The notes: generated by a model from the letters alone, not told the origin. 64,000 bases of DNA from an uncultured Gammaproteobacteria bacterium (GCA_964472415.1 CAYYLC010000001.1:131269-195268); one strand, 5' to 3'; positions 1-10,969 are shown, numbered from the stretch's first letter. Numbers and translations: made by a program.

Positions 1-225
1 ACTGGAAAATCAAAAGGATTCGGATTTGTAGAATTTTCTACTCCAGAAGAAGCTAAAAAAGCAGCTGAGGAGTTGAATGGTAAAGAGTTAGATGGACGTG
101 CAATTAATGTTTCTGAAGCAAGACCACAACAGCCAAGAGAAAATAATTTCTCAGGTGGCGGAAATTTTAGACGAGACGATAGACGTGGTGGAGGTCGTGA
201 TGACCGACGAGGCGGCGGATATTAA
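1..225 (+). CDS. RNA-binding protein with RRM domain and Gly/Arg-rich (RGG-like) C-terminal tail; 5' end lies outside the window
   Basis: Frame-1 translation reads ..GKSKGFGFVEFSTPEEAKKAAEELNGKELDGRAINVSEARP.. (RNP-1-like KGFGFVEF), then GGGNFRRDDRRGGGRDDRRGGGY; stop TAA at 223-225. Confidence 0.8.
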   Translation, partial: TGKSKGFGFVEFSTPEEAKKAAEELNGKELDGRAINVSEARPQQPRENNFSGGGNFRRDDRRGGGRDDRRGGGY

Positions 226-235
226 TTCGTTCTAA

Positions 236-273
236 TAAAAAACCCTCTCAGAAGAAATTCTAGGGGGTTTTTT
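236..273. terminator. Bidirectional rho-independent terminator between the convergent RRM gene and tRNA-binding gene
   Basis: A-run 236-242; stem CCCTCT(c)AGAA / TTCTAGGGGG (243-267) around a GAAA tetraloop; T-run 268-273. Confidence 0.8.
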
Positions 274-280
274 GATGGCA

Positions 281-601
281 TTAGCGTATCTTGCTTCCAT
301 TCGGAACGCTTTCAGATGGATGGAGTAGCGCTATTTTTTCGTCTCCGGTTGCAAGCATCATTCCCTGGCTTTCATATCCTCGTAATTTTCGTGGTTCAAG
401 ATTTACGATAATAGGAATCTGTTTACCGATAAGAACTGTTGGATTTGGATAACTTTCTGCAATACCAGCTAGTATCTGTCGGGTTTCTTCTCCGAGATCA
501 ATCTGAAGTCTTAGTAATTTATCTGCTTCAGGAATTTTTTCTGCTTCTAGAATAGTTCCGATTCGAATGTCTAGTTTTACGAAGTCATCAATTGTTATCA
601 T
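281..601 (-). CDS. tRNA-binding domain protein (CsaA/YgjH/Myf-type EMAP domain)
   Basis: 106 aa: DFVKLDIRIGTILEAEKIPEADKLLRLQIDLGEE..RQILAGI.. matches the Myf/tRNA-binding OB-fold signature. Confidence 0.8.
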   Translation of the reverse strand: MITIDDFVKLDIRIGTILEAEKIPEADKLLRLQIDLGEETRQILAGIAESYPNPTVLIGKQIPIIVNLEPRKLRGYESQGMMLATGDEKIALLHPSESVPNGSKIR

Positions 602-837
602 ATATATTATTATATCATTAAGCTTTGGAGAAATGAGTGTTGCAAAGATGCCATTTCTTTTTTACCATAAGATTATGCCTAAAAAGAAATGGTATCGTAA
701 GCGTGAGGACAATCGGTTTTTTGCTATTTTGTTTATTGTCCTTGCATTGGTGCTTATCATAGTGCATTTTGGTATGGGAGGGTCCTAGTGATATATTTAG
801 ACTTGATATAGTGTGGGGTTTCTTTTACAGTAAGTAT

Positions 838-1407
838 ATGAGAGCTGATAATGAACGAAAAAAATTATTACTTATATTACTTCTTATTGGTGGATTTGTA
901 GTTCTTGTTTTCCTTCTTACCCGTACGGTCCCAGCAATTTTATATACAGATAGCCAAATAAAATCAACGCTGGATTATTCTACAGTTCTGATTCCCGAAA
1001 GTGAAGTCTCTGTTTCACTCAATAATGGTATAGCTGAATATGAGGACAGTGAGATAGAGGGGACAGTAGAAGTCACCGATCCTTATTTATCAGTAAAGAC
1101 AAATGAAGGGTATGACTTATTTGCGACGATGACATATACGACAGGAGGCGTTGGAGAATTCGTGACACTCGCAATATTTGAAGAAGAAGATGGTGAGGTA
1201 ATATTTCGGAATTCATTTCCTATCGGAGATCGGGTAATTGTAAAAGACATCATTGGTCCTGAAAGTCCGCAACAGGGTGCATATCGGGTTATTGTGGAGT
1301 ATCTAGATCATGAATTCAATCAGTCGCTTACAGAATCTCCTAAAATTCAGAAAAGATTAGAATTGGAAATTGAGGATCATAGCATTACCACGAATTTATC
1401 TGAATAA
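838..1407 (+). CDS. Hypothetical membrane-anchored protein (N-terminal TM helix plus an acidic beta-rich domain)
   Basis: ORF opens at 769; Met at 838 precedes KKLLLILLLIGGFVVLVFLL; no recognisable catalytic motif. Confidence 0.5.
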   Translation: MRADNERKKLLLILLLIGGFVVLVFLLTRTVPAILYTDSQIKSTLDYSTVLIPESEVSVSLNNGIAEYEDSEIEGTVEVTDPYLSVKTNEGYDLFATMTYTTGGVGEFVTLAIFEEEDGEVIFRNSFPIGDRVIVKDIIGPESPQQGAYRVIVEYLDHEFNQSLTESPKIQKRLELEIEDHSITTNLSE

Positions 1408-1443
1408 TTCTTCTATAATAGAGGGAATAAAACATCTTTACCT

Positions 1444-1917
1444 ATGAAATATAATCTTTTTCGTTCTCCTTTTGGATCTGTTGTGATAAGTGCAGATGAA
1501 ACTGGTATTACCGGAGTGCATATGGAGAATGATCGATTTTTCTTAGAAATTCCAAAAGATTGGGTGCGAGATGAAAAGAGCTTATTGTTGAAGAAGGCGG
1601 AGGTTCAGCTTTTGGAGTATTTTCAGAAGAAAAGAAACAGTTTTAATCTCCCTCTTTCACAAAACGGAACAATATTCCAAAAGCGTGTATGGAGAGTAAT
1701 TTCAGAAATTCCATACGGAGAAACGATTTCATATAAGGAGATTGCAACTAAGATTGGCCATCCGCTTGCAGTCCGTGCAGTTGGAAGTGCAGTTGGAAAG
1801 AATCCAATTTGTATTATGGTCCCTTGTCATAGAGTTTTAAATACCGGTGGGAGAATTGGCGGTTATGTTGCAGGAGTAGGAGTAAAGAAAAGTTTGCTAG
1901 AGTTAGAGCAAGAATAA
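1444..1917 (+). CDS. ogt: Methylated-DNA-protein-cysteine methyltransferase (O6-alkylguanine DNA alkyltransferase)
   Basis: 157 aa with TIFQKRVWRVISEIPYGETISYKEIA and active-site PCHRV motif. Confidence 0.9.
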   Translation: MKYNLFRSPFGSVVISADETGITGVHMENDRFFLEIPKDWVRDEKSLLLKKAEVQLLEYFQKKRNSFNLPLSQNGTIFQKRVWRVISEIPYGETISYKEIATKIGHPLAVRAVGSAVGKNPICIMVPCHRVLNTGGRIGGYVAGVGVKKSLLELEQE

Positions 1918-1991
1918 ATTTACTATAGTAAGTTTGTCTTTAGAAATATTTCCAGGATCTGATAATTTGTAGTACGTGATATACTGAATCC

Positions 1992-2171
1992 ATGAAGAAG
2001 ATTGGGTATTCATTTTATTTTCCAGGACAAATTGCTTCTGCACTTGTTGCGTTCATCCTAAATGTTGGTATTCCATATATGACTGGAGATTCTATTAACT
2101 GGTTTACTACTATTTTAGTGACTGTTTCTGTTTTCTTTTCTGCGGGATTACGATATTTTCCTAAGAAATAA
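1992..2171 (+). CDS. Possible small two-TM membrane protein (59 aa), below the ORF-track length cutoff
   Basis: ATG 1992 to TAA 2169-2171: MKKIGYSFYFPGQIASALVAFILNVGIPYMTGDSINWFTTILVTVSVFFSAGLRYFPKK; sits in an otherwise empty 320-nt gap. Confidence 0.25.
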   Translation: MKKIGYSFYFPGQIASALVAFILNVGIPYMTGDSINWFTTILVTVSVFFSAGLRYFPKK

Positions 2172-2242
2172 GTGGCGTATTTTTCAGGATAATATTTATC
2201 GGAGCGATATAAATCAAGTTTTTTAATATTTTACTTTATCGA

Positions 2243-2506
2243 CTAGTTTTTATTTGTCACCTTATAAACTTTGCCGTTTGTATTATATGTAATCCATTCT
2301 CCAACTTGTTTCCCCATGTCAAAATATCCTGAGCGTTTTAAGGTGCCATTTTTGCGATACCATTCCCAGTAGCCATTGGTTTTTCCATCTACGATTTTCC
2401 CTTTTGACCACACAGTCTTTCCATTGGCATGATATTTAATAGTAAAACCGTCAACGATCTCTGATTTTTTGGGCTGGACCATTTTTTTATTGGAAGATTG
2501 CATATT
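2243..2506 (-). CDS. MORN-repeat protein (YwqK-like)
   Basis: Repeated GKxxGxWxxY(xx)NG units (GKTNGYWEWYRKNGTL, GKQVGEWITYNTNGKV); ORF opens at 2593 but the repeats follow Met at 2506. Confidence 0.6.
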   Translation of the reverse strand, partial: NMQSSNKKMVQPKKSEIVDGFTIKYHANGKTVWSKGKIVDGKTNGYWEWYRKNGTLKRSGYFDMGKQVGEWITYNTNGKVYKVTNKN

Positions 2507-2643
2507 TGCAGTATAGCAAAATTTTGAATATAGAATCTGTGCATAGCAGGCGCTGCTAGAGCTTATTTTCTCAATATAGAGTAACCATTTCATCCAGTGT
2601 TTCAGCCTGGTTACTGATGATTTCCATCATTTCAAGCTTAAAG

Positions 2644-3114
2644 TTATTTTGATTGTTTTAACGAATTTGAATCTTTCTTTACTAAAAATATTATGAGAAA
2701 GAAGATGCTACTTAGAAGATATAGGAGTGCCAGAATTGAGAAGTTGATTGGGATTCTAAAGAGAATTAAAGCAATTACAACTGAGGTAAATACTAGAGCC
2801 ATTGTGCTATTAACTTGTAGCTCAGAGCCTCTACCAGGAATTTTACTTACGCTTATTAACCTTATAACTCCATGGTTATAGACATAATCTAAAGGATGCA
2901 TAGGTAATTTTATTCCAAGAAGTGCTAATGTTGCCGCTGTAAGTAGTATATATGGATTCTTTAAGAATACGCCTAATAATACGATTGCTATGTATATTGG
3001 ATAACTAAAACGAATTCCATACTGAACACTTTTTTTGTCTGATATTAACTTGCAAGCAATCCATTGTGCCTCTAATCGGACATGTAGTTTTCTCCACAAG
3101 CCTTTTAACTTCAT
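2644..3114 (-). CDS. Hypothetical integral membrane protein
   Basis: 156 aa with four predicted hydrophobic helices; no motif recognised. Confidence 0.45.
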   Translation of the reverse strand: MKLKGLWRKLHVRLEAQWIACKLISDKKSVQYGIRFSYPIYIAIVLLGVFLKNPYILLTAATLALLGIKLPMHPLDYVYNHGVIRLISVSKIPGRGSELQVNSTMALVFTSVVIALILFRIPINFSILALLYLLSSIFFLIIFLVKKDSNSLKQSK

Positions 3115-3153
3115 AGTTTTAATTCGTTTACTTTGATTTTTTGTATTTCCATA

Positions 3154-6100
3154 TTAGTTAGCACCAGTCCAGTCTTTTGCCATAAGTTCTGCTTGTTCTA
3201 ATACAATTTTGGTTGCACCTTCCTGTTTGTCTGGTGGATATTTATATTTCACGAGTAATCTTTTAATGTAGATTCTCAGTTTTGCTTGAACGCTTTCTTT
3301 TATTGTCCAGTCAATTGATGTGTTCTTGCGAAGCATGTCAACCAGTTCTCGTGCCATTGCCTTGAGTGTTTCATCTCCAAGTTCACGCACTGCACTTTCA
3401 TTATTTGCCAGCGCATCATAGAAAGCGATTTCTTCAGGTGATAGCCCCATCTCATTGCCAATTTCTCTTTCATGCTGAATTTTCTTTGCCAGTTCCAGAA
3501 GTTCTGCTATAACTTGTGCTGCTTCGATTGTTCTGTTTTGGTATTTACGAATCGTTGCCTCTAGCATTTGTGCAAATGAACGAGATTTTACAAGATTTGT
3601 CTTTGTCATTGTTCTCAATTCATCATTTAATAGTTTTTTAAGAAGTTCTAATGCAACATTTTTATGCTGCATATTTTTTACTTCACTTAGAAATTCCTCT
3701 GAAAATATTGAGATGTCAGGAGACTTAATTCCAGCAGCTGAATATATGTCTATCACAGCATCTGAAGTGACAGCAGAGGAGACTATTTGTCTTATTGCCA
3801 CATCATAGTCATCATCTGTTGGCCCGCCATCTTGTGGTTCCATTTTCATTATTGCACCACGCACTATCTGATAAAATCCAACCTCATCTCGTATTTCCAT
3901 TGCCTTGTCATGAGGCACTGCAAGTGAAAATGCTTTTGATAATTCATTCACAGCTCTCAAATATCGTTTCTTACCATCCTCAAGTCCTAGTATAAAGTTT
4001 GTCGCAGCAGATATCGCTTGAGTCCTCTCAGAAGCTTTACCATTGAAGTATTTCTGATAGTCAAAGCCATGATACATTCCTCGTACAATCTCATACTTTT
4101 CAAGCATTAGTGTAACCGCTTCATCCTGAGGAATTGCGGTTTCTGATCTATCAGATTCGGAATAGTAGGAAAGTGCTTCTTTAAGCTCTGGTGCAATTCC
4201 AATGTAGTCAACAATAAGTCCACCTTGCTTGTCCTTATAAACACGATTAACACGAGCAATGGCTTGCATCAGTCCATGTCCTTGCATTGGTTTATCTATG
4301 TACATTGTATGAAGCGAAGGCACATCAAAGCCTGTCAGCCACATATCACGGACAATAACCAGATTCAATTCATCATCTGGATCTCTCATTCTTCTTGCCA
4401 TTGCGTCCAGCTCGTGTTTTGATCTGATATGAGGCTGAAAATTCAGCGGATCAGTTGCACTTCCGGTCATAACTACTTTCAGGAATCCTTTTGTTTCATC
4501 ATCACTATGCCATTGTGGACGAAGTTTTATGATCTCGTTGTAAAGCTCAACGGCAATACGTCTGCTCATTGCAACTATCATGCCTTTTCCATCCATGACT
4601 GAAAGTCTGTTTTCAAAATGATCCACCAGGTCCCGCGCAACCAGTGCTATTCTTTTTTCAGATCCTACCATTGCTTCAAGTCTGGCCCACCTACTCTTTA
4701 GTTTTTCTTTCTTTTCAATTTCTTCACCTTCTGTTAACTCTTCAAATTCTGGATCAATTTTTGGTTGCTCTTCTTTTTTAAGCTCAATTCTGGCAAGTCT
4801 CGCCTCGTAATAAATCGACACAGTTGCGTGATCCTCAACAGCGCGGGTTATATCGTAGATATCGACATACTCGCCAAATACTGCTCTTGTGTTCCTGTCC
4901 GACAGTTCAACAGGTGTGCCTGTAAAACCAATAAATGACGCGTTCGGAAGCGCATCTCTCATGTGTTTTGCAAATCCACTGATAAATTCATACTGACTTC
5001 GATGTGCCTCATCGGCAATGACAACAATATTTTTTCTGTCAGATAACATCGGATAGTCCTGCTCCCCATGAACAGGTAAGAATTTTTGTATGGTTGTGAA
5101 TATTACGCCACCTGAGGCAACTTTTAGAAGCTCTTGTAATTCATTTCTGTCATCTGCTTGTTTTGGTGTTTGTCGTAAGAGATCAGAGCTCTTTGAAAAT
5201 ATTCCAAACAATTGATTATCAAGATCATTTCTGTCAGTCAGTATGACAAGAGTAGGATTGTTAAGTTCTTGAATGATTTTTCCTGCAAAAAATGTCATAG
5301 TGAGACTTTTGCCAGAACCTTGAGTGTGCCAGACGACACCAGCACGTCTATCTCCTTCTTCTAGCGTGGCTTTTATAGTACTTTCTACCGCTTTGTTAGT
5401 GGCAAAGTATTGATGATAAGCAGCAGCTTTTTTAATTGTCTTTTCGCCATCAGTTTCAAACACGATGAAATTGGAAATAATGTCGAGTAATCGTGACTTA
5501 TCAAAGATTCCTTTTAACAGAACTTCAAGCTGAGGCAAAGCATTGGAAGCAATATCAATGCCATTGAGTGTTCGCCATCTCGTGAACCATTCAAGATTTG
5601 CAGACAAAGTACCAACTCGTGCTTCATTTCCATCACTAATGATTGAAAGTTCGTTATAGGCAAAAAGTGATGGAATATCTTGCTTGTACGTTTGGATTTG
5701 ATTAAATGCTCCTCTGACAGTTGCTTTTTCGTCTCCTGGATTTTTCAGTTCTATGACTATGACAGGTAATCCATTGACGAATACGACAACATCAGGACGT
5801 CTGTTATTGTTATTTTCAATGATGGTGTATTGGTTAACTGCCAGAAAGTCATTCTCGTCAATATTCACAAGGTCCACAAGCTTTACTTTGTCACCAGCGA
5901 CAGTTCCATCACTTCGCATATACTCTACATCCACGCCATCTCGCAGATATGAATGAAAGATTCTATTATTTAGGATTGCACTTGGAGTGATGAATGGAAC
6001 CTGCAGAACTTTCTTAAATGCTTCTTCTTTTGCGTCCATAGGAATATCAGAATTGAATTTCTCAATCGCATTCCAAAGTCTTTCCTCTAGTACTACATCA

Positions 6101-6234
6101 GCATAAGATTTTCGCTCAGGACTCACTCCGTCTGGTGGTGGTGCAATCTCAGGCCCACCAATAACAGAATAGCCTAATTCCTCAAGCCATTCTAAAGTCG
6201 CTAATTCTAAATCTGTTTCTGTGTATTTATTCAT
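3154..6234 (-). CDS. hsdR: Type I restriction enzyme R subunit (endonuclease/helicase)
   Basis: 1026 aa; Walker [13 protein letters not shown]; DEAH box [10 protein letters not shown]; typical HsdR N-terminus [22 protein letters not shown]. Confidence 0.95.
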   Translation of the reverse strand: MNKYTETDLELATLEWLEELGYSVIGGPEIAPPPDGVSPERKSYADVVLEERLWNAIEKFNSDIPMDAKEEAFKKVLQVPFITPSAILNNRIFHSYLRDGVDVEYMRSDGTVAGDKVKLVDLVNIDENDFLAVNQYTIIENNNNRRPDVVVFVNGLPVIVIELKNPGDEKATVRGAFNQIQTYKQDIPSLFAYNELSIISDGNEARVGTLSANLEWFTRWRTLNGIDIASNALPQLEVLLKGIFDKSRLLDIISNFIVFETDGEKTIKKAAAYHQYFATNKAVESTIKATLEEGDRRAGVVWHTQGSGKSLTMTFFAGKIIQELNNPTLVILTDRNDLDNQLFGIFSKSSDLLRQTPKQADDRNELQELLKVASGGVIFTTIQKFLPVHGEQDYPMLSDRKNIVVIADEAHRSQYEFISGFAKHMRDALPNASFIGFTGTPVELSDRNTRAVFGEYVDIYDITRAVEDHATVSIYYEARLARIELKKEEQPKIDPEFEELTEGEEIEKKEKLKSRWARLEAMVGSEKRIALVARDLVDHFENRLSVMDGKGMIVAMSRRIAVELYNEIIKLRPQWHSDDETKGFLKVVMTGSATDPLNFQPHIRSKHELDAMARRMRDPDDELNLVIVRDMWLTGFDVPSLHTMYIDKPMQGHGLMQAIARVNRVYKDKQGGLIVDYIGIAPELKEALSYYSESDRSETAIPQDEAVTLMLEKYEIVRGMYHGFDYQKYFNGKASERTQAISAATNFILGLEDGKKRYLRAVNELSKAFSLAVPHDKAMEIRDEVGFYQIVRGAIMKMEPQDGGPTDDDYDVAIRQIVSSAVTSDAVIDIYSAAGIKSPDISIFSEEFLSEVKNMQHKNVALELLKKLLNDELRTMTKTNLVKSRSFAQMLEATIRKYQNRTIEAAQVIAELLELAKKIQHEREIGNEMGLSPEEIAFYDALANNESAVRELGDETLKAMARELVDMLRKNTSIDWTIKESVQAKLRIYIKRLLVKYKYPPDKQEGATKIVLEQAELMAKDWTGAN

Positions 6235-7210
6235 GTTTATTTATCTGTGCTTTGATTAATTCAAAACAGTCATTGTTGTATAAAACAGGAATAGCGGAGC
6301 CTCCACGTTTTGTTCTTTTATATTCTCTTTCTTGTCTTTGACTTCTGAAATTGTATGCAGAATACTTCTCATCACCTTTTAGATTGTGTTTTTTGATAAT
6401 CTTGTTTAGATCATTTTGTTTGAATTTAGGAACCTCTTTTTTTAACTTGTCTCTAAGATCAGTCCATGTATATGGATATAAGTCTGTCACATTTTTACGT
6501 TCTATGATTGCAATAGCAGCATCTTTTGCTTCTTTATCCACTATTATTCTTGGAGCTTTTACTTCAGCGATTCGTTTTGCAGACACGATTTCGGCTTTGA
6601 TTTCGCACACTAGATAAAATCCTTCATTCTCTACTTGATTGTTCTTTTGCCTTTCAGAAATGTCTAGAATGATATTTTTAATCACACTAGGTTCATTGTC
6701 TATTGCAAGTGTCGTAAATGTCTTGAAGTTATAAGCAAAACCTAGTGGCAGAATGTTGAAGTTATAAGTTTTACTAAAATCTAAATTAAACCATTCTTTG
6801 ACTAATTTATTAAAATTTCTTAAAGATGCAGCACCAAGCGAATATACAAGATAAGACGTAGAGTCGTTATTATAAAAATGTATAGCAGTGTCTCTAATAT
6901 CAACCAACCTGTCTAGATTTTCTTCGAGAATATTATTTAGTTCGAGTTTCTTAAGTGCACCCATAATATCTACAGTATATGGAGTTTTCGCACGATTCTT
7001 TTTAATATATCTTCCTTCATATACATAAATTGCATTTGGATTTTTAGAATCCATTAGTATTTTTGCTTTTAATAATAGCTCCCATGCATTGATAAGTAAG
7101 ATTACAAATACTTCCTCTCTATACTTAAAATCTGGTTTATTGTAGATTTCAATCGAAGACAATGCTGCAGCGACTGACTTATCAAGTAAATTTTTGTATA
7201 TTGCTCTCAT
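6227..7210 (-). CDS. Hypothetical protein embedded between hsdS and hsdR; candidate HEPN-like nuclease (Rx4H motif); no P-loop
   Basis: 327 aa; overlaps hsdR start by 8 nt and ends 2 nt before the hsdS stop; motif IRDTAIH (R106..H111, nt 6878-6895); no Walker A; same position as PrrC in prr loci. Confidence 0.55.
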   Translation of the reverse strand: MRAIYKNLLDKSVAAALSSIEIYNKPDFKYREEVFVILLINAWELLLKAKILMDSKNPNAIYVYEGRYIKKNRAKTPYTVDIMGALKKLELNNILEENLDRLVDIRDTAIHFYNNDSTSYLVYSLGAASLRNFNKLVKEWFNLDFSKTYNFNILPLGFAYNFKTFTTLAIDNEPSVIKNIILDISERQKNNQVENEGFYLVCEIKAEIVSAKRIAEVKAPRIIVDKEAKDAAIAIIERKNVTDLYPYTWTDLRDKLKKEVPKFKQNDLNKIIKKHNLKGDEKYSAYNFRSQRQEREYKRTKRGGSAIPVLYNNDCFELIKAQINKHE

Positions 7211-7211
7211 A

Positions 7212-8570
7212 TTAATTGACTCTTATCCTCCCACTCATAAGTCTTGGTAAAAGTGAATCTCTGATTTCGCTAAGCACATATACCTCTTTTTGGTTTGAAA
7301 TATACTTTTCCATTAAATTCACGATTAGTTTTTCAAAGCTTTTAAGGATATTATTTCCGGGTAGCAGAATCGAAACACTCTCTAAAATATCTGGACTAAT
7401 ATTTGGCTGAGCACTACCATATGCTTTTTCAACTATTGATTTTTGTATGTCACCGCTTCTTAGTAGGAAATATAAATACCAATGGTAATTTGAATTCTTT
7501 AGAAAATACTTTCCGACTCTTTGATTTAAAACTAACTCATAGTCACCTTTTACAAGGATGCCAATTTTTCCTGTTGTATTACCTGACATGGCAATCAAAA
7601 TATCTCCAGAATTCAAGATGAACTGTCTTGTCCTGTCTTTTACCTCCTCTTCAGAAACAAACTGAATATCCGTTACATCAACATCTGGATCAATAATATT
7701 TTTAATTTTGATTACGCCATATTTTCCAGAATCTTTAAAAGAAGAACCTTTAAAAGCAAATCCTGACTTTAGAGTTGCTATTTCTCTTACCCGTGAAGCT
7801 TCCCATCCTTTTGGAATCTCGCCTAATTCACTTTCCACCATCTCACCACCACTGGATTTGTACGGTTTGCCATTTTCGTTTGGAAATTCGAAATCCACAA
7901 ACCATCTTTTGAATAGTGTCTTGCCGATTTCCTCAAGCGTCTTATTCATCCTACGGTTTAATTCAATCTTGTCATCAAGCGAGGAGAGAATTGAGGCGAT
8001 TTGTTGTTGTTCACCAATTGGTGGATACTTGACCCAAGATTCCTTTATAGCCTCAGTTGTCAAATTCACTTGAACTCCACTTCGTGCTGTAGTTCTTAGC
8101 CTTTCGATATAACTTCTGGAATTCAGATAATAGTATAGATATGCACTGTCTACATTTGAGTTAGGACGAATTCTGCCGACGCGTTGGTTAACTAAAAATT
8201 TTTCATTATTAATTCTTGCAGAGTGACCTAACAAGTTCATGCTCGACTTCATGTCTGTCATACACATGAGGATATCATCCTTATCGGTTATGTAGCTTGC
8301 AAGCTTTCTAGCCAGGCTCTGATCCGCATAATCCTCTTTTCCTGTTATTTTAATTCCACCTCCTATATCAATGTTCCCCATCTTGAAGACTGGCACAGCA
8401 TTCTCAGATTTCTCAGTGTACGAACGACTACTAAACGCATATCCATTTGAAAAATCGGCTAACTCTTTTAGCTGCCTTAAATTCCAATCCTCTGGAATTT
8501 CACCAATTTCTGTTTGCCTGTCCGCCGTAGCTTTAGCGTTGGAGGGTTTGTATTGTGTATCGGATTTCAT
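7212..8570 (-). CDS. hsdS: Type I restriction-modification specificity subunit with two target-recognition domains
   Basis: 452 aa; central conserved coiled region PPIGEQQQIASILSSLDDKIELNRRMNKTLEEIGKTLFKRWFVDFEFP and C-terminal LLPRLMSGRIRV. Confidence 0.93.
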   Translation of the reverse strand: MKSDTQYKPSNAKATADRQTEIGEIPEDWNLRQLKELADFSNGYAFSSRSYTEKSENAVPVFKMGNIDIGGGIKITGKEDYADQSLARKLASYITDKDDILMCMTDMKSSMNLLGHSARINNEKFLVNQRVGRIRPNSNVDSAYLYYYLNSRSYIERLRTTARSGVQVNLTTEAIKESWVKYPPIGEQQQIASILSSLDDKIELNRRMNKTLEEIGKTLFKRWFVDFEFPNENGKPYKSSGGEMVESELGEIPKGWEASRVREIATLKSGFAFKGSSFKDSGKYGVIKIKNIIDPDVDVTDIQFVSEEEVKDRTRQFILNSGDILIAMSGNTTGKIGILVKGDYELVLNQRVGKYFLKNSNYHWYLYFLLRSGDIQKSIVEKAYGSAQPNISPDILESVSILLPGNNILKSFEKLIVNLMEKYISNQKEVYVLSEIRDSLLPRLMSGRIRVN

Positions 8571-8573
8571 AGC

Positions 8574-9410
8574 TTATGACTTAAGCTGTTTAACTTTATG
8601 GATTTGGCTCAAAGACTTCATTTGGGAGATGGCAACTTTGTTGAGCTGAAGTAGTCGCTCGCTTTGCTCCAGTCCCAGTTTAATAAGCTCTGCATTGAGT
8701 GACTCGAGATTGGTGAGACAAACTAGCTGGGCGGCGTTAGCGTAGTCTCGGACGTTACCTGGCTTTTTGGGGTTGGCGCTTCGCCACTCTTTGGCTGTCA
8801 TACCAAACAAGGCCTTATTGAGAACATCTGCTTCACTGGCATACAAGGCATTTGCTTGTGACTTAGATATTTTTGGAGGTATAAGAAATTCTTTGACAGC
8901 ATCGGTGTGAATACGATAGTTGATGGCCGCCAAATTGCGCTTCAGATCCCATCCTAGTTTTTCCCGCTCAATCTCTTCTTCTTTAAGCCGCTGAAATTCC
9001 TTGATCAAGAATAGTTTGAACTCTGCACTAATCCAGCTGGCAAATTCAAATGCGATGTCAGTGTGGGCAAAAACACCTCCACCATATCGACCAGGTTTCA
9101 TAATCAAACCAACAGCCTGAGTTGCTTCTATCCATCGTTTAGGAGTCAAAGAAAAGCTATTTGAACCCGCCTCGTTTTTAAAGGCGTCGAATTCGACGCC
9201 TTTAAACTCGGCGTTGTTAATACTCTCCCACAGTCCAAGAAATTCGATAGTGCTTCTATTTCTCAACCAATTTTGGATGATGTAATTCGTTCGCTCACTG
9301 TCTTTATACTTAGCAATATCTGTCAATGAAATAAAATCAGCATTTTCCAAAGTGCGAGTGGTAATTTCAATTCCCTTTACAATTATTTGCCTTGATTTTT
9401 GTTTCTTCAT
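8574..9410 (-). CDS. KilA-N (APSES-type) DNA-binding domain protein inserted between hsdM and hsdS
   Basis: 278 aa; ..[30 protein letters not shown].. resembles the KilA-N/ORF6N signature (GTWVHPDLA..FA.WLSP.F); C-terminal half is coiled-coil-like; start overlaps hsdM stop by 4 nt. Confidence 0.65.
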   Translation of the reverse strand: MKKQKSRQIIVKGIEITTRTLENADFISLTDIAKYKDSERTNYIIQNWLRNRSTIEFLGLWESINNAEFKGVEFDAFKNEAGSNSFSLTPKRWIEATQAVGLIMKPGRYGGGVFAHTDIAFEFASWISAEFKLFLIKEFQRLKEEEIEREKLGWDLKRNLAAINYRIHTDAVKEFLIPPKISKSQANALYASEADVLNKALFGMTAKEWRSANPKKPGNVRDYANAAQLVCLTNLESLNAELIKLGLEQSERLLQLNKVAISQMKSLSQIHKVKQLKS

Positions 9411-10945
9411 ACCTCAAATCCAACTTTTTTTAAATTCTCTTTAATTTTTTCTTCAAGCTCTTTTGACTCTATGAATTGTGCTGATAATTCGCTGGTCAGT
9501 CTTGCCATTTTCTCCTCAAATACTTCGTCATCTTCCATCTCAAAATCCGTGCCAACATATCTACCAGGAGTGAGGACATAGCTGTTCTTCTCTACTTCTT
9601 CAATACTTGCGGCTTTACAAAAGCCCTTCACATCTTCGTAATTCCCATCTTTGTTTCGCCAGTTGTGGTAAGTGTCTGAAATCCTTTGTAGTTCTTCATC
9701 AGTCAGTTCTCTGTGTCTTCTATCTATCATTGTTCCCATATTGCGAGCATCAATAAAAAGAATTTCGTTATGTCTGTCTCGGAATTTGTGATTATGTCTA
9801 TCTCGTGAGACAAACCATAGAGAGGCTGGAATACCAGTAGTGTAAAAGAGCTTATCTGGAAGTGCCACGATGCAATCCACAAGTCCTGCTTTTATGATTG
9901 CTTCTCTAATGATTCCCTCATTGGAAGTGTTAGAGGATAAAGCACCGTTTGCCATAACGAATCCTGCAATACCAGTAGGTGATAAATGATGGATGAAATG
10001 CTGAATCCAGGCATAGTTGGCATTGCCTGTTGGAGGCACACCATATTTCCAGCGGACATCATCGCGGAGTCTCTCACCGCCCCAGTCGCTCATATTAAAT
10101 GGAGGATTGGCGAGAATAAAATCTGCTTTTAAGTCTTTATGAAGATCATTATGAAAACTGTCTCCTTCAGATTCGCCTAAATTTCCTTCAATTCCACGAA
10201 TTGCCAGATTCATTTTGGCAAGTCTCCAAGTAGTGGCATTGCTTTCCTGTCCATATACTGCAATGTCACTAACTTTTCCGCCATGTTCTTCCACAAACTT
10301 TTCACTTTGGACAAACATCCCACCACTTCCGCAACAAGGATCGTAAACTCTTCCTTGAAATGGCTCTATCATAGTAACAAGGAGTTTTACTACTGAAGCT
10401 GGTGTATAGAATTCACCGCCGCCTTTTCCTTCTGCACTAGCAAATCTTCCAATGAAGTATTCATAGACACGTCCAAGAATATCTTTTGACTTTGAGGCTT
10501 TGTCTCCAAGTCCAAGTGAGCTGAAAATATCAACTATTTCACCGAGTCTTTGTTTATTAAGATCTGGCCGTGCATAACGTTTAGGAAGAACACCTTTTAG
10601 AGTAGGATTCTCTTTTTCAATTGCTATCATTGCGTCATCAATGATTTTGCCTATTTCAGGCTTCTTGGCATTTTCTTTGAGATAATCCCATCTCGCATTC
10701 TCCGGTACCCAAAATATATTTCTTGCTTTGTATGCGTCCTTATCCTCCCATTCACCATTAAATGCTTCTGGATCATTTTTGATTGACTGGTACGTTTCTT
10801 CAAAAGAGTCGGAGATATATTTGAGGAAAATAAGTCCTAGTACAACATGTTTATATTCAGCAGAATCCATGTGTCCACGAAGTTTGTCCGCAGCAGCCCA
10901 TAATTTCGCTTCAAAACCTATATTTGCAGAACTGTTTTTTGCCAT
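9407..10945 (-). CDS. hsdM: Type I restriction-modification N6-adenine DNA methyltransferase subunit
   Basis: 512 aa; HsdM_N-like N-terminus ([35 protein letters not shown]); catalytic ILANPPFN motif. Confidence 0.95.
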   Translation of the reverse strand: MAKNSSANIGFEAKLWAAADKLRGHMDSAEYKHVVLGLIFLKYISDSFEETYQSIKNDPEAFNGEWEDKDAYKARNIFWVPENARWDYLKENAKKPEIGKIIDDAMIAIEKENPTLKGVLPKRYARPDLNKQRLGEIVDIFSSLGLGDKASKSKDILGRVYEYFIGRFASAEGKGGGEFYTPASVVKLLVTMIEPFQGRVYDPCCGSGGMFVQSEKFVEEHGGKVSDIAVYGQESNATTWRLAKMNLAIRGIEGNLGESEGDSFHNDLHKDLKADFILANPPFNMSDWGGERLRDDVRWKYGVPPTGNANYAWIQHFIHHLSPTGIAGFVMANGALSSNTSNEGIIREAIIKAGLVDCIVALPDKLFYTTGIPASLWFVSRDRHNHKFRDRHNEILFIDARNMGTMIDRRHRELTDEELQRISDTYHNWRNKDGNYEDVKGFCKAASIEEVEKNSYVLTPGRYVGTDFEMEDDEVFEEKMARLTSELSAQFIESKELEEKIKENLKKVGFEV

Positions 10946-10969
10946 AATGTTTTTAATTCTCTTTGGTGC

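Noticed and set aside
567-788. 73-aa plus-strand ORF overlapping the 3' end of the tRNA-binding gene and the region upstream of the 838 gene
   Set aside because: It overlaps a well-supported gene on the opposite strand and has no motif. It is probably the promoter or leader region of the downstream gene.
3795-5956. Three 65-67-aa plus-strand ORFs (3795-3995, 4225-4422, 5753-5956) inside hsdR
   Set aside because: They are antisense to a long, strongly supported HsdR frame. His/Leu/Ser-rich composition is typical of out-of-frame artefacts.
9399-10077. Small ORFs (9399-9581 plus strand, 9892-10077 minus strand) within hsdM
   Set aside because: They are embedded in the HsdM coding frame, which is supported by strong motifs.
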